Assembly (NCBI RefSeq): GCF_001194135.2
Contig: NC_068981.1
Location: 39,747,914-39,780,488, forward strand
Length of the DNA stretch: 32,575 nt
Reading direction: 5' to 3'
From: Octopus bimaculoides
Taxonomy: Eukaryota
The notes under the pieces were generated by a model. The model saw only the letters and a program-made list of their open reading frames with translations, made no database searches and had not been told where the DNA came from. How positions within the stretch are numbered: the first letter of the stretch is position 1; every line of letters begins with the position of its first letter. Shown piece after piece: positions 12,885-24,289 of the stretch. Both the position numbers and the translations under genes were made by a program.

Positions 12885-13313
12885 TTCAATAGATTCTCCA
12901 ATAATTTCATTTATATTCATGGAATAGTCTACTACTCTTATTGTTTAGGCCCAAACATGTATGTGTGTGTGTGTATTTTATAAATATCCATTGGAAATAA
13001 TCCGTTCACCGAAAATCTCTTCAAGTCGCGCGTTTTCGTCCTGTGCATCACCATGGCGCTACTTCAAGAGGTTTTCGTTGAACGGATTATTTCCAAGGGA
13101 CTTTGGCCACCAAGATCACCTGATTTAACACCTCCAGACATTTTTTCTGGGGAGTAAGTAAAGGACCAGCGTACAAGAATCACCCGAAAGCCATTAAATA
13201 CTTACTGCGGAGAGACTTTGTGAATACCCTGTATTATATTTCTTTCAATAGATTCTCCAATAATTTCATTTATATTCATGGAATAGTCTACTACTCTTAT
13301 TGTTTAGGCCCAA
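12885..13313 (+). repeat. exact 70-bp direct repeat pair next to an assembly gap
   Basis: ttcaatagattctcc..gtttaggcccaa at 12885-12954 and 13244-13313. Confidence 0.9.
12991..13231 (+). mobile_element. 3' fragment of a Tc1/mariner DDxD-type transposon with a 36-bp fold-back at its broken end
   Basis: MALLQEVFVERIISKGLWPPRSPDLTPPDIF(fs)WG..YKNHP; terminal ..gtgaataccctg followed by TA; inverted arms 12991-13026 and 13061-13096 (33/36). Confidence 0.8.
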
Positions 13314-13526
13314 GTCATCCCTGTTCATTTTTTCTTAAAATATTTCAATGCTTCCTGTCATTGGATTGCGGCAATAATGGAGGAGTCAATTCAATGGATT
13401 ATCATCGATTATATCGACCCATTACTTATTTCAATCCGATACTTGTTTTCTTTTCTGATAGACCACCAACTGTACACTCAATAAACAAAGTGAAAAACGA
13501 ACAAAGAACTAGACATGCACACATAA

Positions 13527-14626
13527 GCAAGTGTGTCTTGCTTGTGTCTTCTTTCTATGCAGTTGTGTTTGCTTATGACTTCCTTTTATACAAGCATGTC
13601 TTGCTTGTTTCTTCTATACATGGAAGTGTGTCTGGCTTGTGTCTTCCTTATATGCAAATGTGACTTGTTTATGCCTTCTTTATAGATGCAAGTGTTTCTT
13701 GCATGTGTCTTCTGTATATGCAGGTGTGTCTCGCTTGTGTCTTCTTTATATACAAGTGTGTCTTTCTGGTGTTTTCTTTTTAGGCAACAATGTGTTCCTC
13801 CCGTCTTTTTCACATGGAAGTGTATCTTGCTTGTTCCTTGCTTCGGTCTTCTTTATTTGTAAGTGTATCTTCCTTGTATTCTCTTTCTATGCAAGGGGGT
13901 CTTGCTTCTGTTTCTTTATTTGCAAGGGTATCGTACTTGTGTCGTTTTTATATGCATTTTTTTTATCTTGTTAGTGATTTCTTTATAGGCAAGTGTTACT
14001 TGCTTGCGTGTTGTTTATATTCAAGTGTGTCATGCTTATGTCTTCTTCATATCCGTCTATTCATTGCTTGTGTCTTCTTTATATACAAGTATCTCTTGCT
14101 TATGTCTCCTTTAGATGCAAGTGTGTCTTGCCTGTGTCTGCGCTATATACAAGCGCGTTTTGCTTGTGTCTTCTTTCTATGCAAGAGAGCCTTGCTTGAG
14201 TCTTCTTTATATACCAAACGTGTTTTCATTACATCCTCTTTATATGCAAGTGTGTCTTGCTTGTATCTTCTTTAAATGCGAGCGTTTCTTGTTTGCGTCA
14301 ACTTTGCATGCAAATGGGTCTTGCTTGCGCCCTCTTTAGATGGAAGTGTCCCTTGCTTCTATTTATCTGTAAGAGTATCTTGGTTGTGTCTTTTATATAT
14401 GCAATTGTGTCTTGCTTGTATCTTCTTTATATGTAAGTGTTTCGTCCTTGAATCTTCTTTATATGCAAGTATGTTTTGCTTGTTTAAATATGTATGTGAA
14501 TCTTGCTTACGTCTTCTTTCTAAGCCAACATGTCTTGCTTTTGTTTTCCTTATATGCAAGTGTCTTGTTTGTGTTTTCTGTATATGCAAGTGTGTTTTGC
14601 TTGTGTCCTCTTGATATGCAAGTGTT
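13527..14626. repeat. degenerate ~32-bp minisatellite, about 34 units
   Basis: Consensus by eye GCAAGTGTGTCTTGCTTGTGTCTTCTTTATAT; units abut with no unique spacers. Confidence 0.9.
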
Positions 14627-15307
14627 AACTTGTGATTTGAAGCAAATTTGGCAGTTATTTCTATCAAGTTAATTGAACACGTAAAGGCTCCCTCGATGGC
14701 TCACCATATGTGTATATATTATGTAGCTTTCCGACTAAATACAAAATTATATAATTTTATCTATAAAACTATTGTGAATTACGGATACAACATAGCAATA
14801 TCGATATTAGGCAAAACGTGAAAACAGTAGCACATGATGAATACTTGAAAGACATATTCTGTAAAAGAACGCACATTCTTCGAATATTAGAAAGCCTTGC
14901 CTAAAAGTCATTAGAATTCTTCGGTAATATATGTCTGAATTCTTGACGTAAACCTCATCAAGTTGGTCTCCTGTGTCCTAGGTTATATAGCTCCAGAAGG
15001 CTGATTAATCAGAATAGTGTACTCACTTTGAATATATTTATAAATCGACTTAGAATAAACTAAAGCAGACAGACATTGAAAGGCCATTAAAGCAAATCAC
15101 CGACAACATAACAAATATAAAAACAAACAAGTAGTGTAATGTATTGATCTTGGTCAAACAGTGTTAACATCAAATATCAATAGGAACAAAATTATGTGGG
15201 AAAGTAAAACGCACGAAATGATACTCTAGCCCTCTTAGAACTTCAAACGTAAACATTTTGAACCTTAAATAGAAGAATAAATATCCAATATAACAGTCCG
15301 ACCAAAG

Positions 15308-15351
<44 letters not shown>

Positions 15352-16420
15352 GCACACATATACATATCATTATACGATGTAGAAGCGAAAATCAATAGTT
15401 AAAACAATAAGTAATAAGTACCTAATAAAGGATTTAGAGTAATTGCGAGGTAAATAAAAAAATACAAAGGATAATGCTGAATACATTCAAAATCACTTTT
15501 TCGCTATTCATTCATCATGCGAAGTCTTAGTTTCACCATTTCCTTGAAATAGAAAAGTGACATTTTAATAAACTGTATACTCGAATATACTTTTGTGTAT
15601 GAGTATATATACATATATANNNNNNNNNNTATATAAACAAATAGTAAATGAGTATATGCATATATATGTACAGGCATGTGCATACCGACATCCACCTGTA
15701 TATATAGGTGCATATCTGGGTACAGGACATTGCAAACAAAACGTAGACGAGAAAACACACAAGCCACATAGAGAACATTCTTCTTCATCAGCTACCCCCG
15801 TTTTAACACCGGCGTTTCGAAGAGCTGGGCAGGACGCATCGCTAAAACGGCTCTTCTCATGGACCGCAAATTAAATTTGTATACACAAATTAAACCTTGC
15901 CATGGAGGAATGTAGTGGCGGACAAAAAACAAAACAGGAAAACAAACAGAAACGGCTTTACGGCCAGACGGGAAAAATTATGTGTATGAACGCTGTGTGT
16001 GTATGTGCGTGTGTGTATTTGTGTGTTTGTGTGTGTGTATGTGTGTATGTAAGATTTTCACTCTGTTTCGACAATTAGTATTCATTTGTTAAATCAATTG
16101 AATCACTTATGCATTGAATTAGCGTGTAAATAGCTGAGTATTCCAAAGACACCTGTAAACTTAATGTAATTCTTCTGAACAGCAACAGTGAGAGAGCTTG
16201 TTAAAAAAAAGACTGTATATTTGAATCATTATCCATCCTATGGGGCTCTACATAATTTCCGTCAACCCAATGTTACTCACAACATATGGATGAACACGGA
16301 CAACATAAAAAATTACACTTGCCTAAGCTACGATGTAGTTGGATCTTACTCAGAAACTTATAGTTGCAAAGCGAACGTCTTGACCATCCGACGATACTGA
16401 GTGTATAGGATAGTGTACGC

Positions 16421-16451
<31 letters not shown>

Positions 16452-17579
16452 TACACAATCATAAACACACACACACACGTACACATATTCACTCAAAACA
16501 TAAATACAGACATACTAACATATACGTACAAACGCCTGTACAAAATATTGTATATACACATTGCATTAAACATGTAAGCAGATATATATATATATATATA
16601 TATANNNNNNNNNNNNNNNNNNNNNNNNNNNNNNNNNNNNNNNNNNNNNNNNNNNNNNNNNNNNNNNNNNNNNNNNNNNNNNNNNNNNNNNNNNNNNNNN
16701 NNNNNNNNNNNNNNNNNNNNNNNNNNNNNNNNNNNNNNNNNNNNNNNNNNNNNNNNNNNNNNNNNNNNNNNNNNNNNNNNNNNNNNNNNNNNNNNNNNNN
16801 NNNNNNNNNNNNNNNNNNNNNNNNNNNNNNNNNNNNNNNNNNNNNNNNNNNNNNNNNNNNNNNNNNNNNNNNNNNNNNNNNNNNNNNNNNNNNNNNNNNN
16901 NNNNNNNNNNNNNNNNNNNNNNNNNNNNNNNNNNNNNNNNNNNNNNNNNNNNNNNNNNNNNNNNNNNNNNNNNNNNNNNNNNNNNNNNNNNNNNNNNNNN
17001 NNNNNNNNNNNNNNNNNNNNNNNNNNNNNNNNNNNNNNNNNNNNNNNNNNNNNNNNNNNNNNNNNNNNNNNNNNNNNNNNNNNNNNNNNNNNNNNNNNNN
17101 NNNNNNNNNNNNNNNNNNNNNNNNNNNNNNNNNNNNNNNNNNNNNNNNNNNNNNNNNNNNNNNNNNNNNNNNNNNNNNNNNNNNNNNNNNNNNNNNNNNN
17201 NNNNNNNNNNNNNNNNNNNNNNNNNNNNNNNNNNNNNNNNNNNNNNNNNNNNNNNNNNNNNNNNNNNNNNNNNNNNNNNNNNNNNNNNNNNNNNNNNNNN
17301 NNNNNNNNNNNNNNNNNNNNNNNNNNNNNNNNNNNNNNNNNNNNNNNNNNNNNNNNNNNNNNNNNNNNNNNNNNNNNNNNNNNNNNNNNNNNNNNNNNNN
17401 NNNNNNNNNNNNNNNNNNNNNNNNNNNNNNNNNNNNNNNNNNNNNNNNNNNNNNNNNNNNNNNNNNNNNNNNNTATATATATATATATATATATATATAT
17501 GAGTGAGTGAGAGAGACCTGTAAGTGAATATTTGTATGTATATTTACGTTTGTGTATATGTGTGTATGTGTGACACACT

Positions 17580-19945
17580 AACCGTACGTATAAGACGACT
17601 CAATGTTGTTATATGTACTATATATGACCCTCCAGATGATCCGAATCACGCGGACAAGTTTGAAGACTGCCTCACAAAAATAGAAAAAGTTCCAGTTACA
17701 TTAGAACAACACATAAGTGTATTTCTTATGGGAGAGTTCAATCTGTCCGAAATCGGATGGTCTGAGTGCTTTTCTCTCCCAGGAATGGTGTGTTGCGAAC
17801 AAGGTGATGTCCCTCCTGAACCTCAACAAGACTTTATAAATGGAACAAATAGTACTCCAAGTAACCAGGGTATGTAATATACTGTGTCTCTACTTCACAA
17901 ATAATATGGATCTTATCCATAATGTGAAAGATACACCGACGCTACTCTCAGATCACAATATGGTAGAACTGACCATGTACGGATCAAGAGAAACCATGGA
18001 CATGCAGCCTACAAAATACTCTCAAAAAAATTCCACTTTGAACTTCCATAAGGCAAGCTGGAAATAAACTGAGAAAGAAATCCTCAAACAAAACTGTCTT
18101 AAATGCCTCTCCACGCCTGACTTCTATATGAAACTTCAACAATTCATGTCTGTAATGCATGTCGTATGCTACAAATGTGTCCCGGAGAGAAAGGCCACTG
18201 TACACAAAAACAAAATCCCCGGGGAGGGGAAAGATTTTATAAGACGCTGTACAAAAATTTCAAATCGCATTAACAAACAAATTGAAAGCAGTGAAAAAAA
18301 CCCGCCTGAAAATACAAAGAGCAAAGAATCCTGGGCTATAAACAATATAAAATTTAACCCCAAAGTAACAGCCTCCATGCACTGCAGGGTAGGGTCACTC
18401 CTCGAAAAAGATGGTTCACCCGCAGGAAACCTAATGAGGATAAATGAAATACTAAATGAGCATTTCAAAAGTGTTTTCACTCCACCCTAGGACTTCAGCA
18501 ATCCAGCTGATTTTTCGCCACTGCAGATATTAAAACAGAGGCAATATAAAAGAAGACGATTTAATAAGGGCTATTGACGAGATGAACTTGAACTCAGCTA
18601 CTGGTCCTGATGCATTCTAAGCAATCCTTTTAAAATCCTGTGAGTCCTAGTAACAATACTGAAGTCTCTCTTCCAGAGCTTCTTTGCAACTGGAAAACTC
18701 CCAAGCAAGCACAAAGGAGATAGCAGAGCAGTAGCTCAAAACTACAGACCTATCTCTCTGATCTCGCACATTAGCAAAGTCATGGAACGAATAGTCAGCA
18801 GAAAACTAATCACCTCCCTGGAGAAAAATTACTTGCTGACTGACACCCAACATGGTTTCCGGCCAGGATGAAGCTGCCTAACTCAGCTCATACAACACTA
18901 TCATTGAGTGTTGAAACAGCTGCTCAACCACTCAAATGTGAATGTGATATATCTCGACTTTGCAAAGGCTTTCGATAAAGTCGATCATGGAATGATATGT
19001 CACAAACTGCGAGATCTCGGTATAGTCGGAAAATTGGGAGATTGGCTACCTGACTTTCTAAAAGATAGAAATCAAACAGTAGTAGCCAATAGGGCCAATT
19101 GCATGCAAATAGTGGTGTTCCGCAATGCACTGTTTTGGGACCACTACAGTTCATAATGGCCCTCTCAGATATGCCCTCAGTCACACAGAGAGCCACGATC
19201 ACAAGTTATGCAGATGATACAAGTCTCACAGGTGATACAGAACCCTGAAAAAGCTATGCACCTGCAACGTGAGTTAAATTAAATATACATGTGTGCTAAG
19301 AAGAATAGCATGCAGTTTAATGCTGAAAAGTTTCAAACCCTATGCTATCAGCATGCAAGATTAAATGCAATACCAATTAAATACAATGGATCTAGAGGTA
19401 TTACAATCCCAGAGACACAGTCGATGTGAGACCTGGGGATTTACGTGAATAATGATGCAGCCTTCCATGTACATGTAAGTTGGCAAGAGGATGCAGGTGG
19501 CTGACCGGATGGATTCTTAGAACTTTTAAAACAAGGGATCATGAAACCATGATGGTCTTCTGTAACACAATTGTCTTAAGCCGCATTAACTATTGCTCCC
19601 AGCTATGGTCACCAACCATTGTAAAATTAATTGCAGAACTTGAGACAATCCAACGAAGCTACATAGATATATAGTCTCTATGCAGCATATAAGCTACTGG
19701 GAAAGACTCAAGAGATTGAGACTTTTTTCCCTGGAGTATAGGCGGCAACGTTATACCGCAATATACACTTGGAACATTCTGAAGGAACTTGTCCCAAACT
19801 TTGGCATTGAGAGTTACTCTAATGCTAGAACAGGGTGCCGTTGCATAGTGCCAAAGACTCCAACTTTGCCATCAAACTATAGGACAAGATATTGCAATAG
19901 CCTGGGCTTTAAGGGCCCACTACTCTTCAGTATCTTCCCAAATGA
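17580..19945 (+). mobile_element. decayed CR1-group LINE ORF2 (APE endonuclease + RT), truncated at both ends
   Basis: VFLMGEFNL, LLSDHNMVEL (APE); NYRPISLISHISKVMERIV, TQHGFRPG*SCLTQL, YLDFAKAFDKVDHG, SGVPQ..VLGP, SYADDT, NYCSQLWSP, LFSLEYRR; many stops and frameshifts. Confidence 0.92.
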
Positions 19946-20384
19946 CGTGCGTCATATAGCTAGCTAGAGGTGATCGCCTCTCGGAGCAACAGCAGCATCC
20001 GTCCTATTTCTCTGGACTGTCACGTCAGTTTGGCAATAAATATTGATACCCAGTACTGCTGCTGTATCTCTCCTTGAGAGAGATTTAGAAATTATAACAT
20101 TTCTATTTCTGAAAATCACTGAATATATTTCACAAAACTATCGAACAGAAGTCAACAGCGACCCCAGCTGGACTCGGCTGCTCCACATTGATGAGGGGAA
20201 ACTACCCCGAAACCGGTCTGTGGATGCCAAGCCAGCAAAGGGAAGCTGATGACCTCCACTGTTCGAAGATTTATGAACGCAGGTTCGTGCATCATATAGC
20301 TAACTAGAAGCGATCGCCTCTTGGAGCTAATCAACAGCAGCATTCATTCTATTTCTCTGGACTGCCACGTCAATTTGGCAATAA

Positions 20385-20386
<2 letters not shown>
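19946..20386 (+). mobile_element. hammerhead-bearing element with partial tandem direct repeat (family B; period 340 bp; pLTR- or retrozyme-like)
   Basis: ~100-bp direct repeats at 19946-20042 and 20286-20386 flanking a hammerhead; no ORF similarity recognised. Confidence 0.75.
20182..20224 (+). ncRNA. minimal type-I hammerhead ribozyme motif with C3U core variant, family B
   Basis: tccaca-TTGATGA-gggg-aaacta-cccc-GAAA-CCG-GTC-tgtgga: perfect 6-bp stem I, 4-bp stem II, palindrome ACCGGT, predicted cleavage after 20218. Confidence 0.85.
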
Positions 20387-20417
<31 letters not shown>

Positions 20418-23122
20418 NNNNNNNNNNNNNNNNNNNNNNNNNNNNNNNNNNNNNNNNNNNNNNNNNNNNNNNNNNNNNNNNNNNNNNNNNNNNNNNNNNN
20501 NNNNNNNNNNNNNNNNNNNNNNNNNNNNNNNNNNNNNNNNNNNNNNNNNNNNNNNNNNNNNNNNNNNNNNNNNNNNNNNNNNNNNNNNNNNNNNNNNNNN
20601 NNNNNNNNNNNNNNNNNNNNNNNNNNNNNNNNNNNNNNNNNNNNNNNNNNNNNNNNNNNNNNNNNNNNNNNNNNNNNNNNNNNNNNNNATATACGGAACA
20701 AAAACGCAATAGAGGGCATTAAAACGTTCGGACACATAGACGATACAAGGGCGGATAAGAGAAACAACAATTAGAAGGACAAGCAAAAAAAGACGGGTCA
20801 TTCTTGGCTTTCTTTCATCAGTCAAGTCCCAGAATTCACGACCATTTCGGGCAGTTACACTTGAGATGGTTCGATCTGGTTTCCCCCAAAAAAGTTTACG
20901 CTAAGAGCATTAAACCCTTTGTAAGAAAGCTAGCGAATGTGTACGGCAACAAAGACAAAAAAACAAACAACCAAAAACGGAGAACATGTTACACAATTAC
21001 GAATACAAACAACAAGAAATAACAACAGCCGTCTTTCGACTGAGAGCGAATCAAATTGAGCTGGCGTGTATGAAGTGAAAGCCTAAAGGCAGAAACATGG
21101 GAGATGAATACAAGAGGTGTTGGCGGTGGGCAGTCAGGCAAATAAAGATCATGTCTGATATATATATGTAATACATTTGAGACACAATATATATGTGCAT
21201 ATACGCAGACACACATACAAGCACACATATACATAGATGTATACATAGATTATACTAAAACGCAGTTTTGTTTCTCAAAAGTAATTATGTTCGTAGCAAA
21301 GCATGTGGAACTGCCAACTGTCGGGTGTAAATGGTACTTGTTCGAGTTTACTCTGATTATAAACATTAGTGACAACAATGCCGTAAGCTAAATGTTGCTG
21401 AAATTTAGTTATACCTTTACAAAATTAAAATATCCGCTGATATAAAAATATCCAGATGAAATTAAAGAAATCTTCATATTTAAACATAACAAAATGTTCC
21501 TAAATTTGACGAAAAATGCAATATGCTCGTTATATTCTGAAATCGAAAAGGAAATTATGAAAAGAAATCTTAAAACACATTAATGAACACAAATAGGCTG
21601 AAACTGCGTAAAGTATGCATCCTTATATAATTATGCCTTAATACAAGTATTCAGAGTTTACGAAATATAAGAATCATCGGAATTAATTCTATACTGGCTA
21701 TAAATCGAAATAAAAAGAATATTTAACATACGGCATCATTACAACTGAAGTCGTATTCCAGATTCAATTTTTTCATAGCAGAAAAGGTTGAATGATTAGT
21801 GTTGCAGTGTTCCATTAAATTATTCTTATTGTGAACACGCGATGGAAAATTGGTTGCAATAACTTGGTATTACAAACAAGGCGATAAAATTTTAATATTT
21901 CGGACAAAAAACTAGGATGGCAGTTATTTAATCAGCAGAAAAACATCGGGGGTGGGGAATTACAAATAGCGGACTTTTAAGGAGTTTATAAAATATATAC
22001 ATTAAAAATAGGATAGAGAGGAAATATGAGAGAAAAAAGCATAATAAAATATGCATAATTTCTTACAACTATTAATTTGATCGGAATAACATTATGTGAA
22101 CGGGTTACGAATTTAGATTGTGATTTTAACAATAATTGGCAGTATGGCAGAAAAGGTACAGATAGAGTAGGGTGGTGTTTCAGAATTCCATTTCAACCAA
22201 TCAAGTAACTCGTTTTAAATGGATAGAAAATATATTAATAGAAAAATCGATTTTGAAAAGTGCTGCTCTCCAAAGAATGATGGAGCCAAAAGCAAATCTA
22301 CGAAAATGCATTTTTTCAAACGTCATCTAAGAATAATTTGATGTGATTCAAGTAATATTACTTTAGCTAGATCTTGTAAAGCCATATAACTTAGAAGGTA
22401 TCTAACGTACAGCCTAATAATTTTGTTTCAGTTATATCTTGTAAGGTTAAATATTTGTTTTAGAAAAACCATGTATAGTTAGATATATATTGTACAAATA
22501 TTAGAAGTTTATAAAAGTCTAGATCGAAATTTTATAACAATGCTTAATAGCAATGGGATTAGGTAGGATCAGCAGTATATTACAGCTTGCAATAATCGGT
22601 AAAGATCCACATACATATTAGACAAATACATATATAATTATCTGATAAACTTATTGCACATAATCTTGGAGGAATGACAATCGTAGTAATAAAATCGTAT
22701 GCTTGGTCAAAATAACTGGCCACGGTATTAGCCAATTGGTTCAAAGTAAAAATTCATAACCAGGTATCCAAGGAAACATTTCTATAAATATTGAAATATG
22801 TTACATCACAAAACTGGTGTTCTACAAAGTAGCTGATTCACACTTCTACCTTGACTTTTATTCCTAGCATCACGTTCACACTAAATTTGTAATCCTCTTC
22901 TCATAAGCTTTCAATTTACAGAATCTCTTCTACAACGACCCTGACACATTCGCTGAGTTTGTCTCGTGCATGGTATTGTCTGATCAGCGGTTAACTTAAT
23001 CCTTCGTTTCCTTTTTTCCAATACACAAGCTACACCGTTCTATATTTAAGAGATTAGGAATTACGTACATTATTTACATTATTTACATTTGATGGATATT
23101 TGTCCTCATCGTGTTTGTTGTT

Positions 23123-23168
23123 AACACAACGTTTCGGCTGATATACTCTCCAGCCTTCATCAGGTGTC
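23123..23168 (-). ncRNA. minimal type-I hammerhead ribozyme motif, family A copy 2
   Basis: Minus strand: gacac-CTGATGA-a-ggctg-gagagtatat-cagcc-GAAA-C-GTT-gtgtt; 5-bp stems I and II, palindrome ACGT, triplet GUU. Confidence 0.82.
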
Positions 23169-23224
23169 TTGGGGAAATTTCGAACATGGGTTCTCATTCC
23201 TTAGGTATTTTTCGATGTTATTAC

Positions 23225-23276
<52 letters not shown>

Positions 23277-24020
23277 TTATGTTTGACTTTTGCTTTACAT
23301 TTGTACAAGTTGGCTTCAAATCTCACCGAGAGACCTCAAGACACAACAAGTTAGAAGTTCATGTTGGTATTATGCCTAGGGTGCCATATATTTGGTTTTG
23401 TACATAGTGTTGTTCTAGAGAATGTTTAAGAAACGATAAGAAAATTATGTGTTTGTTTTAAAATTTGAGATTAGATAGAAAGTTTTCATATTTTGAGACA
23501 AGTTTTAACATCCAGTCCGCAGAGTTTTTCAGGTAGATGTCTAGGCCAATTGTAGAAATCTTCATTGTTAATGCCAGTTGTAAAAGTCCACGGCCTCCTC
23601 TCTCTTTTCTTGGCAGATAAATTCGTTCTATATCTGCCTTATGGTGGTGCATTCTATGCATTGTCAACAGTTTTCGTATTCTTCTGTCGAGATTACATAT
23701 TTCAGTAATTGACCAGTTAATGATATTGAAACTGTATGTCACGACTGGTATGGCTAAAGCATTGATCGCTTCGATCCTATTTCTTGCATTCAGCTTTGTC
23801 GTAAGTATTGCTCTCACCCTGCGATAACATTCTCTCCAAATTGCAATCTGATGTCATCACTGAATTGTTTAACAATTGCTAGTAAGCCCTTGAGTTGTTG
23901 GTCATGTTTTGCAAAGAGCTTTAAATCATCCATGTAAATGAGATGATTTATATCTTTATCAAACATTTTATAACCGCACTGTGCATCATTGAGCAATTTT
24001 GAGAGGGTTATTAAGGCTAG
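23277..24020 (-). mobile_element. R4/Dong-like retrotransposon fragment with two internal deletions, ending in (AAT)n
   Basis: LSKLLNDAQCGYK..NHLIYMDDLKLFAK..QFG joined to ECYRRVRAILTTKLNARNRIEAINALAIPVVTYSFNIINWS..ADIERIYLPRKERGGRGL; then jumps to a non-coding 3' end followed by the AAT tract. Confidence 0.9.
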
Positions 24021-24043
24021 ACAACAACAACAACAACAATAAC

Positions 24044-24117
<74 letters not shown>

Positions 24118-24172
24118 CAACAACATCGAAAAAAACCTTAGGAATGAGAACCCAGGTTCGAAATTTCCCCAA

Positions 24173-24218
24173 GACACCTGATGAAGGCTGGAGGGTATAT
24201 CAGCCAAAACGTTGTGTT
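24173..24218 (+). ncRNA. hammerhead motif, family A copy 3, predicted inactive
   Basis: gacac-CTGATGA-a-ggctg-gagggtatat-cagcc-AAAA-C-GTT-gtgtt; G12 changed to A. Confidence 0.75.
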
Positions 24219-24289
24219 AACAACAAACAAGATGAGGACAAATATCCGTCAAATGTAAATAATATAAAGAATGTACAAGCTACACCGTT

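Larger units (their letters stand above)
23040..24274. mobile_element. composite cassette: inverted hammerhead arms + (AAT)n tracts + R4 cargo, flanked by one TSD
   Basis: 15-bp direct repeat acaagctacaccgtt at 23025-23039 and 24275-24289; 155-bp inverted arms 23065-23219 and 24122-24276 (9 mismatches by eye); (ATT)n ~23220-23276 and (AAC/AAT)n ~24021-24121 inside the arms. Confidence 0.88.

Noticed and set aside
13527-14626. Possible CRISPR array or C2H2 zinc-finger array
   Set aside because: Units abut without unique spacers, no cas genes, eukaryotic context; a 32-bp period cannot encode 28-aa fingers and no CxxC..HxxxH spacing is kept
15778-15860. Possible type-II hammerhead on minus (tcttc-GAAA-cgccggtgtt..CTGATGA-agaaga)
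   Set aside because: Stem I cannot form (aaaacgggggtag). More simply the GAA-tailed end of an unclassified repeat, which I also cannot support as a feature
16188-16400. 70-aa ORF with NYTC/YSC, superficially Ig-like, after a possible acceptor
   Set aside because: Too short, no Ig core Trp/Cys spacing and no supporting exons
20690-21130. Possible interspersed repeat with CTGATGA on minus at 20815-20821
   Set aside because: No GAAA or stem II in this copy, no second copy in the window and no ORF similarity; resemblance to octopus repeats is from memory only
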